A stretch of DNA of 57,949 nucleotides, counting the filler, from Sphacelaria rigidula (taxonomy: Eukaryota): assembly GCA_964200075.2 (NCBI GenBank). It is 4 parts of 4 records of this genome, joined end to end, with 100 filler letters (N's around TTAATTAATTAA, not from the genome) between each part and the next. Parts side by side here need not be neighbours in the genome. Positions count along the whole stretch, not along the records: positions 29,029 to 43,440 come from CAXNAA020002266.1; positions 43,541 to 57,949 come from CAXNAA020002267.1; 2 more parts are not named here. One strand, written 5' to 3'. Shown here in pieces: positions 40,801 to 51,983 of the stretch. The position numbers and the translations under genes were made by a program. Positions within the stretch are counted from its first letter, which is position 1. Every line of letters begins with the position of its first letter. Below the pieces are notes generated by a model. It was not told the DNA's origin, searched no databases, and was given only the letters and a program-made list of their open reading frames with translations.

Positions 40801-43440
40801 TCCATTGATAGGTCGCTGATTTATGATGTTGAAAGATTTGTGTGTGTGGAGTATAACAGAGGTGCAGCAACAGAAAACTGTAGTGTCGTAGGCGATTTGT
40901 TGATCCAAATCCTGTTTTTCATTCTTGATGTAGGGTGGGTCTAAATCGGCCAGGAATGAAGAATGAAGTAGATTGGTGTAACGCTACTTTTTCGTGTGTT
41001 GAGAAAGATTCCGATTGTCGGTAGAGGTGACACTGTGAGGTTCAATACTCGTAGAGGGAATTTCGAGGTAGTCTCGGGAGTTACAAAAATTGACCGCGGT
41101 TTCATTGACAACTAACTGCCGCTTGTGTTGTGAAGTCATGCAGAGATCCCGCGAGCTCCGTAGTTCGTTGCCGGGGACAGTCGCCAGAGATGGAGAGTTG
41201 GCGCTCAGCGGTGGTGCGCGGTGGGCAGGAGAGTAGATGAAGGGAAAATACACGCCACATACAGCGCAGATGGGGGGGGCCTCCAGCCGACTTGGTTGCT
41301 TTATTTGCGGCGCGATTTAGGATTTAGATGGTGAAAAAATGTTTTTTTTTCTTTCTTGAAGGTACAAGATGGGGTAGGTCAGTAGAGAAGGCATGAGGTT
41401 GTTCAGAAATGTTTGCCTGGTGGCCTCCGATGCGCTTTAGACGACTGAAAACTATCTGTTTCTCACTGTTGTGCTCGTGCTGTTTCGTGGTTCTTAGATG
41501 GATGAGATGGTGGGCTGATATGAAACCAGCAATGTATGTGGAAGACGACCGAAATAGAGGGACACAACATTGAGCACTGTACTTGCGGCTTTCCTTGGGG
41601 ATTGATCGCTTCTTGAGAGGAAGAAACAAACGTTCTTGTCCTTTTTTTTTTTGCTGGCCTTGGGCTCAAAACCGCTCGCTGAACGTCAGTTGTATGCGAT
41701 ACGTTTTCCTAGGGTGAGGCTTTTCCTTCGAGGCCTTAGGCTGAAAAGGGTTCTACCGGACCGGAATTCAAAAAGTGTCGTTCCTGTCCTGTCCGTCCGC
41801 TCTCACAACGATAGCCAGCACCACGCACTTTTTTTTCCCGAATGGATTCGAAGCCGCGCTGCGCGAAAAAACCATCCCATCGCTCTTCTAACATCAATCG
41901 AAATGCCCTCAAGAATTTTTATCTTCATTGGTGCTCATAGCGTTGTGTTTCGCTTCTGTCTGTGAGCGGTCTCAAGAACAGCCCAGCTCGACTCCTCTTG
42001 ACCAGCGCTGGTCTTGATTCAACTTCTCAGACTTGACGCATCTTCAAGCGAGGCACTTTTGGAGGTTGGAGGCATCACACCCAGCAACCGGCTCTCCGAA
42101 TCACTTAAAACACCCTCGAGAAGGTTCAGCTTCATTGCTGCTTTCTTCTTTGACTTCGCTTGCGCGTGCCGACGCCGTCCGTGGCTGAGATGGGAGGAGG
42201 GTGTTGAAGTACGTGATCTGATTTATTCGAACTACTCTCCGTCACGCCTGTGGCACTTTCGGTCGCAACGTCCGCGGGCGGTGGATGCATCTCGGCTTTC
42301 ACGGTGACAAACGGAGACTGTACAGGTGCGACCTTGCACTGCTGAACTGTCTGTGCTTGTAGAGCTGCGCTTCGCACGGGGTTTGGCAGGCGGATAAGAA
42401 GTGTTGACGTCGTAGCAATCCTGTTACGAGCGAACTCAAATCGGGTCGTCGCATCGTGAACTTTTGCCCCGGACAACAAGGATGGGGCGACCACAAAAAG
42501 CGGTAAGGTGCGCCTGGCTGTGGTCAAAATCTGCAAGGAGTTCGCATCTACTATGGTCATCGCTGTCTGTGTTGGTTTCTCTCCCATCTTTTCTGCCTCG
42601 CCTCTTCTCAGTATACAGCCAAGAGTTCGTGTAATGTGTACTGAGAGTGCCTTCCCTCTGGTGCATACGGTATTTCGGCACCCCAAGGCAAAGCGTCTGG
42701 GGTCTGTTTTTGTTGCTGTGTCCTACTGTGTTTTGGTATCTCTCCCTCTCTCTCTCTTCTGGCTTTCCTCTTCTAAGCCTACAGCCAAGCGTGTGTATCG
42801 TATGCCGAGTGTGCTCTCCCACTGTGCGGTGTGTGTGTCCCCATTACAAACATCGAGGAGAAGCCGGAGATTCTTCGTTGAGAACAGTGAACGATACTGT
42901 ACTGTCTGTACTGTACTGCACTGCACTGTCTGTAGCTTCTCACGGTCGGACGATTTGATGATTCGTTTGGAAATTACTTGATTTTTGTGTAGTTGATTCG
43001 TCCGTACGACGTACGTGAGGCTTTGTTTTTAGCGTTGCAACCAAGGTACGCGCAGCTCAGGCACATGGAATGGTGCAAAAGAGGCGTGGAGACCTGTTTG
43101 ACCAGCGGTCGACTTTTTTCTCTATTTCGAGCAATCAGGCCTAGAAAATCGTGGATTTGGCTACTCGAACCGGCAATGATTCGTCCGAACCGTGGTAGGT
43201 TCCATCTAAATTATCATGACAGTACGGTTGTATATCAACAATCAAATCACGATTGATTCTGATTTAAAAGTGGATTTGATTTATATCAACAAGCGCGTCA
43301 ACGCCTCGCTGAGTAGTTGATTGTATAATCTAATCAATTTAAATCAATCAAGTCAAAACAACTTAATGTTGTATGATAAGTTGATTTTTTCTAGAAAGAA
43401 AATGTTCGATTCTGTGTTCGAGAAGAATCGAGCTTTTGTG

Positions 43441-43540
43441 NNNNNNNNNNNNNNNNNNNNNNNNNNNNNNNNNNNNNNNNNNNNTTAATTAATTAANNNN
43501 NNNNNNNNNNNNNNNNNNNNNNNNNNNNNNNNNNNNNNNN
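43441..43540. other. Artificial contig linker
   Basis: N44 + TTAATTAATTAA + N44. Confidence 0.98.
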
Positions 43541-43639
43541 AGACAGATATGCCACTTCAGCCCCATATTTTGTATGAACCCCAAAATATAAAATCGGCTG
43601 TTACCTGTTAAAGAAGACGCGACAGCAAGAATGGAAGGG

Positions 43640-43903
43640 CTGGTCGACGAGTTTCGCACGTCAAAGTGCTGCTGTGGTTGCGGCACACCACTCAAGCAAG
43701 TGGGTGGTTCTCGGGTGTTTCGCTGTGAAAGCCAGACGAACGAGGGCCGAGCTTGCCCTGTGGGAAAGATCGATCGGGATACGAATGGTTCGGTATACAT
43801 AGGAGTTTGTGGTGTATATCAGCTTCATACATCAGCGGGGAATAGTGTGTTTAGACACACTTTCCGCATTTTCTACCTTATCTTCTTTAAGTTGACGGTA
43901 ATG
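43640..43903 (+). mobile_element. Right end of a second Fanzor-carrying element (RuvC-II/Zn finger/RuvC-III remnant plus right TIR)
   Basis: LVDEFRTSKCCCGC...VFRC...C..KIDRDTNGSVYIG, followed by TAAGTTGACGGTAATG (43888-43903), which matches the right end TAAGTTGACGGCAGTG of the complete element. The upstream frame is closed by TAA at 43589. Confidence 0.8.
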
Positions 43904-43980
43904 ACCGCGATGCACATGCGCTTCTGGGGGCCGGTCGTGGATTCACCTTGGTCTTGATCGACGGCATTCTTGTCCGCCGC

Positions 43981-44136
43981 GCCGGCACCGACGCTGCCGA
44001 CCGCCCCTCCGCGAGAGACGCCGGCACCGACGCTGCCGACCGCACCCCCGCGAGGAACGTCGGCACCGACGCTGCCGACCGCCCCTCCGCGAGAGACGCC
44101 GGCACCGACGCTGCCGATCGCACCCCCGCGAGGAAC
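43981..44136. repeat. 39-bp tandem repeat x4 in ABAB pattern
   Basis: G(C/T)CGGCACCGACGCTGCCGA.CGC... units at 43981, 44020, 44059, 44098; frame-preserving. Confidence 0.93.
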
Positions 44137-44573
44137 GTCGAAACCAAGGCCACCGGGAGGCTTGACTTGGTTGATACCAACCTGGCACCAACCTCCTTCT
44201 ATGATATCGGCGTTATCGATTTCGGCAGATACTCCCGCTGTTGAGATATTGAGGCCACTCGGAGCAGCTGCTTGAGCGTGACCAGCCACCCCACCGCATG
44301 CGATCTCGACTTTGACGATGGTCTCTTCCACCAAACCAAAGTCGGCTGTGGCGGAAACCTGTAACGAGCACGAAAATTCGGATCAGGGAAAGCGGTCGCA
44401 AGCTCTTCAAATGTATTAAACTGGAGTATTGTGATATGATAGCTTCGTCTCTTACACACACACCTGTTGTTGTTTCTGTTTCATCGAATTTTCTTCGGCT
44501 TGGGCAGCAACCTGGAACGCGCACGAAAATCCGGATTAGGGGGCACGATCGTACAATCGAAATCTTTTCAAAT

Positions 44574-45200
44574 CTATTGATGCTTGAGTATTAAATGCGT
44601 TCGATTCTTAAACACCTGTTGTTTCTGTTCCATACGCTGTTGCAGACGCCGCATTGTTGTCTGCATGACGGATCTGTTCCGATCGTACGCCCGACTGAGG
44701 TGCTCTGCCACCGGAATGCGACCCGACCACTGTGGATGCATCGCTTCTTGGTACATGTTGAGTGGTTGTATAAAGCCACTCCACTGCCATCCATGATCAG
44801 CCAACTCCTGGTCCATCGTCTCCATTTCCTTCGTCCTCTTCGCGCGGCTGTGCTTTTCCAACACGTCAAAATGGTTACTCATCTCGACCCGACTTGTCCA
44901 CTCAGCTTTAGCCTCATCTCTGTGCTTTTGGAAAAGTAGACCCTTTTTTTCCTTCAGACGCCTATTCTTTCTGGCGAAGTCGTTCCATGTCTGTTGAAGA
45001 TCCCAGTACTTCTGAAAGCCTGTGACCTGCTCAATGAGTGTTTTGTGATCATCTTGCTGGGCCGAAATACTCTGTAGAACCTCCATAATCTCGTCGTCCG
45101 TGTGGGGGGGGCATTCTTGCCCCTTTCCTTTTACCATTTGGTCGAATCCACCGAGCATGTCGGGTACATCGCTTCTCCGACCTAGGTTCGAAAACGGGAT
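44574..45200 (-). CDS. Hypothetical coiled-coil-rich protein, probable exon of a short-intron gene spanning ~43904-45480
   Basis: Part of a 235-codon open frame with helical charged composition. GTGAGT donor near 45285 and TTACAG acceptor near 44360. No recognised domain; boundaries approximate. Confidence 0.4.
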   Translation of the reverse strand: MPFSNLGRRSDVPDMLGGFDQMVKGKGQECPPHTDDEIMEVLQSISAQQDDHKTLIEQVTGFQKYWDLQQTWNDFARKNRRLKEKKGLLFQKHRDEAKAEWTSRVEMSNHFDVLEKHSRAKRTKEMETMDQELADHGWQWSGFIQPLNMYQEAMHPQWSGRIPVAEHLSRAYDRNRSVMQTTMRRLQQRMEQKQQVFKNRTHLILKHQ

Positions 45201-45468
45201 CGGATGCGATATGTTTGGTATGGAAATCGTAAAGTTGCATCGGACAGATGTTTGAGTCTTCCGCAATCGCGGGCTGGTCACTCACGCGATTGGCGATGCT
45301 GGACGTATCGGACCTGAATTGTCCTCCATGATTCCAAGGCTGCGTCCTCATCCGATCGCTATATCCTCGGACGAGTGGTGTGGTGGCGTTATAGGGAAAG
45401 CAGAGCGTTGTGACTCGGTCGGGCTGTGCGCGATTTTGCGCGTGATGTCGTCGGAAAATGGCGCTGAA

Positions 45469-46096
45469 GAAGTGGGTCTTGGTCTGTTCGATTGTATTAT
45501 TTTCTTGGTATGATTTGCTCAGGTCGCAAGGATTGGACTTTGTGTCGCTTGTTCACTATTGTCAAGTTTAGAAAACGAAATTAGAAAAACTATACACCTG
45601 ACCGTCGTGAAAAACCGGAACTTCTGACCGAGCAAAATCCCGGACAAACAATCATTACAATGCAAGACAAACGATCAGGGCAAAATGGCCAATCCACTCA
45701 ATAAACGTATGCACGAGCAAAGTTGTCAACCCATTCGATTCCTGGGCAGTGTCATCTCTAGATGTCACTGGAAAGGATGAGACATATATGCTAAGGGTGG
45801 GTGAAGTGGATCTTGGTCTGTTCGGTTGTATTATTTTTTTGTTATTATTTGCTCAGGTCGCAAGGACTGGATTTTGTGTCATTTCGTGTGGTCGGTAGCT
45901 GTGTCATAGCAAATGTCTATCGTATTAGTATTCAAGACATACAATCATTATACTGCAAGACAAATCATCAGGGCAATATGGCCAATCCACTCGATAAACG
46001 TATGCACGAGAAAAGTTGTCGATCCATTCGAATCCTGGGCAGTGTCATCTATTTCTGTCACTGGAAAGTATGAGGCATATATGTTAGGGGTGGGTG
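45469..46096. repeat. Tandem duplication of the epimerase 3' end region
   Basis: 45469-45547 matches 45803-45880; 45648-45802 matches 45941-46096. Confidence 0.85.
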
Positions 46097-47790
46097 GCAT
46101 AGACATCAGTTCACGGGAGGAATCGCGATTGCCACGATCATCGTCGCATTCTGTGTCATAATTTTCCAGTGGAAGCACCATCGAGGGTGTCGCAGTGTTC
46201 GTCAATCGGTGCGCAACAGTGGGCGACGCGGTAAACATCACCGATCCCGTCGGCGTGGTGGTGAAAATCGGAGTCGGACTAGCTGTCTGCGAATCAAACG
46301 GGACGTCGGCGGCAACAGACTCCGTACCCAATAAACCATTTTGATTGTAAGGGTTGGTGATGGCAGCGTTGCTACATATGTCTCCAAATTGAATATCTGA
46401 CGCGGAATTTATACACGAGCCAGTAAAAGTATAACGCATATCGGTCGGAAAGGTGTTGCCCAGAACGAGCGTGTTATTCGAGTCCCTCGCCTCAAAGTCT
46501 GTCCAGTCACCAATAATGTTTGACGAAAATTGAGTATCTACGGAGTTGTCTAGACGCGCCCCACCCGTGTTTCCACTGAACGCGTTAGCGAAAAACACAT
46601 CATTCGTGGGGTTGCCGCTTTCCACCTCAACGACGGGGTCACTTCCAGCGTACTGATAAATATCGTAACCCTGGTTGTCTTCGAACGTGTTTACTCCCAC
46701 GACATTGTCCCGTGAGCCAACCGAGAATCTAATGTCATGTACGTTACCTCTCACGGTGTTGTTGTACACGACGCCACCGCTAGATTCCAGAAACGCAATA
46801 CCACTATCGAGATTACTTTCGACGATGTTGTGAGAAATCAGCGCGTTGTTGGACAAGAAGTGGGGGAAAACACCCCCCCCCCCCCGTTGTGATGTACAGA
46901 GTTTGCCGTGACAACGACATTGTTGCAATTCTTAGACCAGATGATGCCGTGATTGGAATTGAAGAACACTTCATTGTCCGAAATGGTAAGGTTTACAGAG
47001 TCATCGTGCGGATCAAACCCATAAACCTCGTTGTCATGCACGCTGTTGCCGCTCAGGAGCGCAAACGAATGGGCATAACCGTAGTGCCCGTAGTAGAGAT
47101 GATGAATGTTACTGCTTAATAGATTACCGTACTCACCAACCCCGTCGTACTGGTCGCGATTTGACTTGTCCTTACAAATCCCCAACTTTCACTCTCTTCG
47201 TATCCCAGGTACGCTATTTCACTTTCCTCGACGTCCATTCGGGCCTCACCCATGTCGTTTTTCGCCGCTCCCTCACACGTTTCACTCGTGTCAAGCAGAA
47301 CTTCAGATATAGCACTAATATACGACCGTCCGTCTCCCCAATCTGAGTCATGGTCACGTTTGGAAGGGTCCCACGATGTTACTTTCGTTTTCAGCAAGTC
47401 AAGAGATCCACCGTGGGCACGGACATTTACGATCATCTCGGAGTCGCTGCGGAGCTTGAGGTAGTCACAGTCGCCCCCTACAATAGTTCCATAAAGGTTG
47501 AGCGTGATGCCATCCAGAATGTACAGCGACTCATCGAGCATCCATTCACCAGGTGCCTCAAGAGGGTACAGCGGGCTAGTATCACCGAGAGCCTGGTGAA
47601 TGAGTGTAGGGCTAGCACAACCGCCTCGCGAGCCATCAACAGACTCCAGATATATTCGCTGAGAAGTTGAACTGTATCGCACAGAGATATCCTTCGAGGT
47701 ATCACACACGGGTTTCGGGATGGCAGTGTTCGCCCATACACCAAGAAAATCAGAGGCAAGAACTATCACCACGCTCAAAAAACGAGTCAT
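45948..47790 (-). pseudogene. Mannuronan C5-epimerase (AlgG-like right-handed beta-helix), intronless, two frameshifts
   Basis: Signal-peptide-like MTRFLSVVIVLASDFLGVWA; GEWMLDESLYILDGITL, RAHGGSL, DGRSYISAISE, MGEARMD; catalytic-region motif YGFDPHDDS; N-rich beta-helix repeats. Frame changes near 47185 (the expected LTWKVRG-like segment appears missing) and at the C-run 46873-46885. Confidence 0.88.
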
Positions 47791-47953
47791 GTTTGCACTT
47801 AAGCAATATTTTTTTTCGTACATCGCTGACGAGAGAGCAGTCATCCCCAATGCCCCCACCCCCTCCTCTCAACCCGCAGCAGCTTTTCAGAGAGCCCGAG
47901 GGCAATTTCTTTCCCTGTCTGCATCACATTAGGGAACCAATCAACAGACAAAC

Positions 47954-48745
47954 CTATCCGCCTTTCCGCTTCTTGCCAATAAGCTTGCTGAGCACGAATG
48001 TCTGCACGTTGTAGGTCGCACCGAACAATGCGCCACTACTCTTCTCTGCTACAAACGCGATGAAAAGTCGCACGTTTCTTTTTGTGTACTTCATACCCCT
48101 GTGGCGAAGACCGCTTCCCATGATCAGCGCCTGACCTTGCTTCTGTCGAATCTGCACGAAATTCTCTTTCTCGAAAGTTTCAGACGTTTGTTGTCCGTAC
48201 GTCTTCTCGATGACATCGACCACAGAGTCTCCGAGGCACGACACCAACACACTGAACCCAAATTCATGACCGAAATAGCCAGCCATTGCATTACAGAAAT
48301 CCTCGTGCCATGCCTGAACTTTGCTGCCGACAGCCTTGCTTGCGATATAGGTTACCACCCTTGCTACCCGTGTGAATGACGCACCGACAACCATCAGTAA
48401 ACCATGCTTTGCCAGTGAGATTGTCACCATGCAGCTTATCAACAGCCACATCACCCCGCACTTGGAACAATCCACAAGAGTTCTCGAACTATCGTACGTG
48501 ACCTCTTCGCCGTATGTCTTTCTGAACATCTCCTGTTCCTTGAAATCTGCCTTTGACTTATCTTGCCTGAACCTCTCTATCAGACAACAAAGCCAAACCG
48601 GGATCACTTGCATCACACAGTAGTTATTTTCTTCGTAGCATTTGAATGCTTCTCTGTCTACACCCGCCTCTTCAATCTTTTTGCAAAGAGCGTCGTGCGC
48701 CGGTTTGTAGGTGTCGTTCCAGTGATCCTTAACGCGAGACTTTTC
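47954..48745 (-). CDS. 2OG-Fe(II) dioxygenase-like (PhyH-type) domain, probable terminal exon of a gene extending to ~50552
   Basis: QAWHEDF (HxD), FSVLVS, GQALIMGSGLRHRG (distal His), NVRLFIAF (2OG-binding Arg). In-frame pyrimidine-rich acceptor CACCAG before 48745. Upstream minus-strand ORFs are separated by short GT-AG candidates. Confidence 0.6.
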   Translation of the reverse strand, partial: EKSRVKDHWNDTYKPAHDALCKKIEEAGVDREAFKCYEENNYCVMQVIPVWLCCLIERFRQDKSKADFKEQEMFRKTYGEEVTYDSSRTLVDCSKCGVMWLLISCMVTISLAKHGLLMVVGASFTRVARVVTYIASKAVGSKVQAWHEDFCNAMAGYFGHEFGFSVLVSCLGDSVVDVIEKTYGQQTSETFEKENFVQIRQKQGQALIMGSGLRHRGMKYTKRNVRLFIAFVAEKSSGALFGATYNVQTFVLSKLIGKKRKGG

Positions 48746-50788
48746 CTGGTGCAGGACATGTAAAGAAACGGAAGGGAAAGGAATACAAATCGGGGATGGA
48801 ATTGAGGATTTCGGCGGGTTGACACGTCGGCAGAGATCGAAGTCAATGGAAATCAAACGTAGCCAATCGCCTGACTCGACAGTTGATCATGTGATACCAA
48901 ATGTTGGCGAAAAACACGTCGCGCGCCTTCAACAAGAGCTTCGCTGAGAACAATAACAAGATGGACGTCTTTGTCATCACGTGGCTCACGTTTCTGATGC
49001 TGTAGTACGAAATGCACCCTCCCAAAATCCACACGGGATTTTTCCCACAGTAACTTACGCACTGTTTGGACCAAAAGCTACGCGACAATGTGTGCGGAAG
49101 CCATGCCACTCACCACTGCCAAGTAGGACCGGACGTCCTTCGCCGACTGTGGCTGTGCCCGACAACCGCGCGGTCGAACCCGGAATGAGCTGACTAAGTG
49201 GAAGAGGGCGGTAACAACAGCTGCGATCAACGTCTTGAGAATAGATACGATATCCGCTGCATTGCCATTTGCCGACCACTTATCGAACCGCGGAAGACTC
49301 TCTTGCTCTGTCGCGACACTCTTATATTCGGGACCGCTACCTGTAGTACCGCCGTCTCTGCGATTATTGCTACCGTCATCTTCAGGCTCGCTGTCCACGT
49401 GAGTGTCGACTCTCGTACTGACGTGAGTGCCAGAGGTACCCGGGCTGTCTAGCGCGCTAGTAGAATCAATATCACGACGAGCACCAGCTTCGACGGCCGC
49501 TTTCAATGCTCCTCGAACCAAGCCGCTCTCCGTAGCGCCTAGTGCACCACGAAATCCTTTCGGAACGGTGTTTTTGACCCGCATCATGCAAAAATTCATC
49601 CGTCTCTTGCCCCGTCTCATAGGGCAGCTTCCCCACTACTTTTTCGGCAAAATCTTGGATTGCAGCGCTGATCTCGTTACGTGCCTCCTGTGAATGACCA
49701 GGAACGGAGAAAGAGTGAATGGCTTTAGAGATATTACTTCGAAGAAATACGATCAGTATTGAATAAGATGGATACTGTTGTTTTCAGGGGAAACAATGGT
49801 CGAGCATCACTCACAGATCCCGATATGGTCTCGTTGCTATCCCGTCCTGTGGCCTTGTTGCCCTGATCGTCTCCCGCGGTGCAGATATCGTCTTCGTTTT
49901 CGTCCGCGGCACCAGAGATCTCTGTGTGGTCAACGCCGGCCCCAGAATCTCCTCCGTCGTCACCCAAAGCGATGACATCATCTTCGAGGACTCGCTGTGA
50001 CACGTGTCAACAGATTGAGACAACCGGAGAAGAGAATCTGATGCGCATGGATTCAACATATTGCATATGTTAGTGGAGCTGCGGTCAAACAAAGATAAAC
50101 AGAGACCTCACCAGTGAATTTAAACGCACGACCGCGATTGTTGTGCGATCATTTTTGTACGGTCGAGGGAGGCGACCATACTTGTTCACCCAGATCCGCG
50201 CGGCCGGCAATGTAGCGTCGTCGAAGCAGACTTCCGTCGTAAGGATGGGGCGGGTGTCGTGAGATTTTTGGGCGTCTCCTAAATAACGAATGATGCGTGT
50301 CCACACTTGTCGCTTGTCGACGTTGGGATGGTCAAGAAGGAAGAGGGCAACTGCGGAGATTTGGAAGATCGGAGTACAGTAGTCGGTGCCGTACAGCTCA
50401 AACGCCGAGTTTCTCGAGAGAAATGCATCCGCTCCGGGAGGCAAGCCACTGGTCACGTCGGTAGTCGCGAGCTTCTCGATGTACTGACTGCAGGTCAGCT
50501 TTTCACAAGCCTCAAAGATGGCCCTTGCCTGCAATGTCGTACGAGAATTCAAGAATGAAGGGTTATGTGATCAACAGAACACAAAGCGATTGGGCAACTC
50601 TTCTGTTGTTCATGAAATACGTCCATATTGGAAACACCCGCGACGCTTTGTTTAGCCCAAAACATTTGCTGTAAACCACTGAGCCCTCGCCTCGGGTTTA
50701 GCTAGACATACCAACACTCCAGCCAACACATTGTCGTAAAGTTAAGCAATTTGGAAAGTTAATATATTTATTTACCCAAACGTCGAAG

Positions 50789-51893
50789 ATGACTTACTCG
50801 ACTCACCGCGAAATATATGACGCCTTCAAAAAATGCGACGAACAATGGATACAAAGGCGCCGCAAACTAGACACGTCTTCCCTGTTCTACACGATCATGA
50901 AGTGCTGTATTCAAGGGAGAGGTGTTGGTCATATTGTGAGAATGAATGATGAAGAATATTCGTCACAGGCGGTTCACCTGGCCAGGAAGAAACTTCCACA
51001 GGGGACTTTCAAGGAGGTGAATCGTTTTTTACACCGAGGACCACATGAGCCACGTGTTTTTGCCGTGGATGGTTCGAAGGTACACGTTCACCCTTCTTTC
51101 ATCGGCGCTGGTTACAAGACCAGAACGAACGACAAGCCTGTGCCGCGACCTGCAAAAAGACCTCTCGTCATGCTCTCTTCGATGGTGGACGTTAATAGTA
51201 GAGTTTGTGTGGACTTTGAGCTCACGCAACACTTTAACGAGAGAAGAGCAGCCGTGTCGATGCTTCGGAGTGTACGGAAAGCTGACACATTGGTGTTTGA
51301 CCGGGGCTACCACTCCAAAGCTTTACAAAGCAATGTCAACGATTCACAGGCATTTGGTGTGTGGAGGCTGAAGATAAACGCGTTTCGGGGGACCCGGTCT
51401 TTTCAACTCGTGGAAAACAGAAGCCACCTGCCTTATAGTTGGGGTGAAGGCACGTCTCTTGAAGTACTTCATAAACGGGAAAATGTATGTTTGCCTTACG
51501 AACGATCCGTCTTTGTCTCGAAAAGATGTAAAGGTTATGTACGCCTCAAGGTGGAGAGTGGAAGAGAGCTTTGAACGGCTGAAATCAAACCTCAGGCTTG
51601 AAAAAGCCCATGCAAGAACCCCTGCTCTCTACATACAGGAAGTAGAGGCAAGAGTTCTGCTCGACACGATCACGCTGCGGTTACAGAGAAAGATAAAGGA
51701 ACCATCTTACATTTACACACTTGACACGTACGTGACGCACATCATTCGTAACGTCAAAAGTATTTCGACAAAGTTTTACTCTAAACCAGTGTTGAAGTCA
51801 AAGCAGAGCCGTCGGTCATGTCACTTGCCCCAGAAAAATCGACACCTAAATTCTGATTTTTTAGACACAACGAATTTGTGCTTTCGTCGATGA
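50789..51893 (+). CDS. IS4-family DDE transposase (one frameshift near 51400)
   Basis: VFAVDGS (D 51068), LVFDRGY (D 51299), YASRWRVEESFERLK, the IS4 Y-2-R-3-E-6-K signature (E 51561). ORFs 50789-51574 and 51444-51893 join at a T-run around 51398-51404. Confidence 0.92.
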
Positions 51894-51983
51894 CGCGCAA
51901 ATACCCCACACACCAATCTGTCCAATCATATCAGATTGGATGACCAGAGTTTCCCCAAAACTTGGGACGATGAAACCTCGTAT

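Noticed and set aside
38400-43200. Numerous short ORFs in contig 3
   Set aside because: No recognisable motifs or consistent exon chain; likely intronic or decayed repeat DNA.
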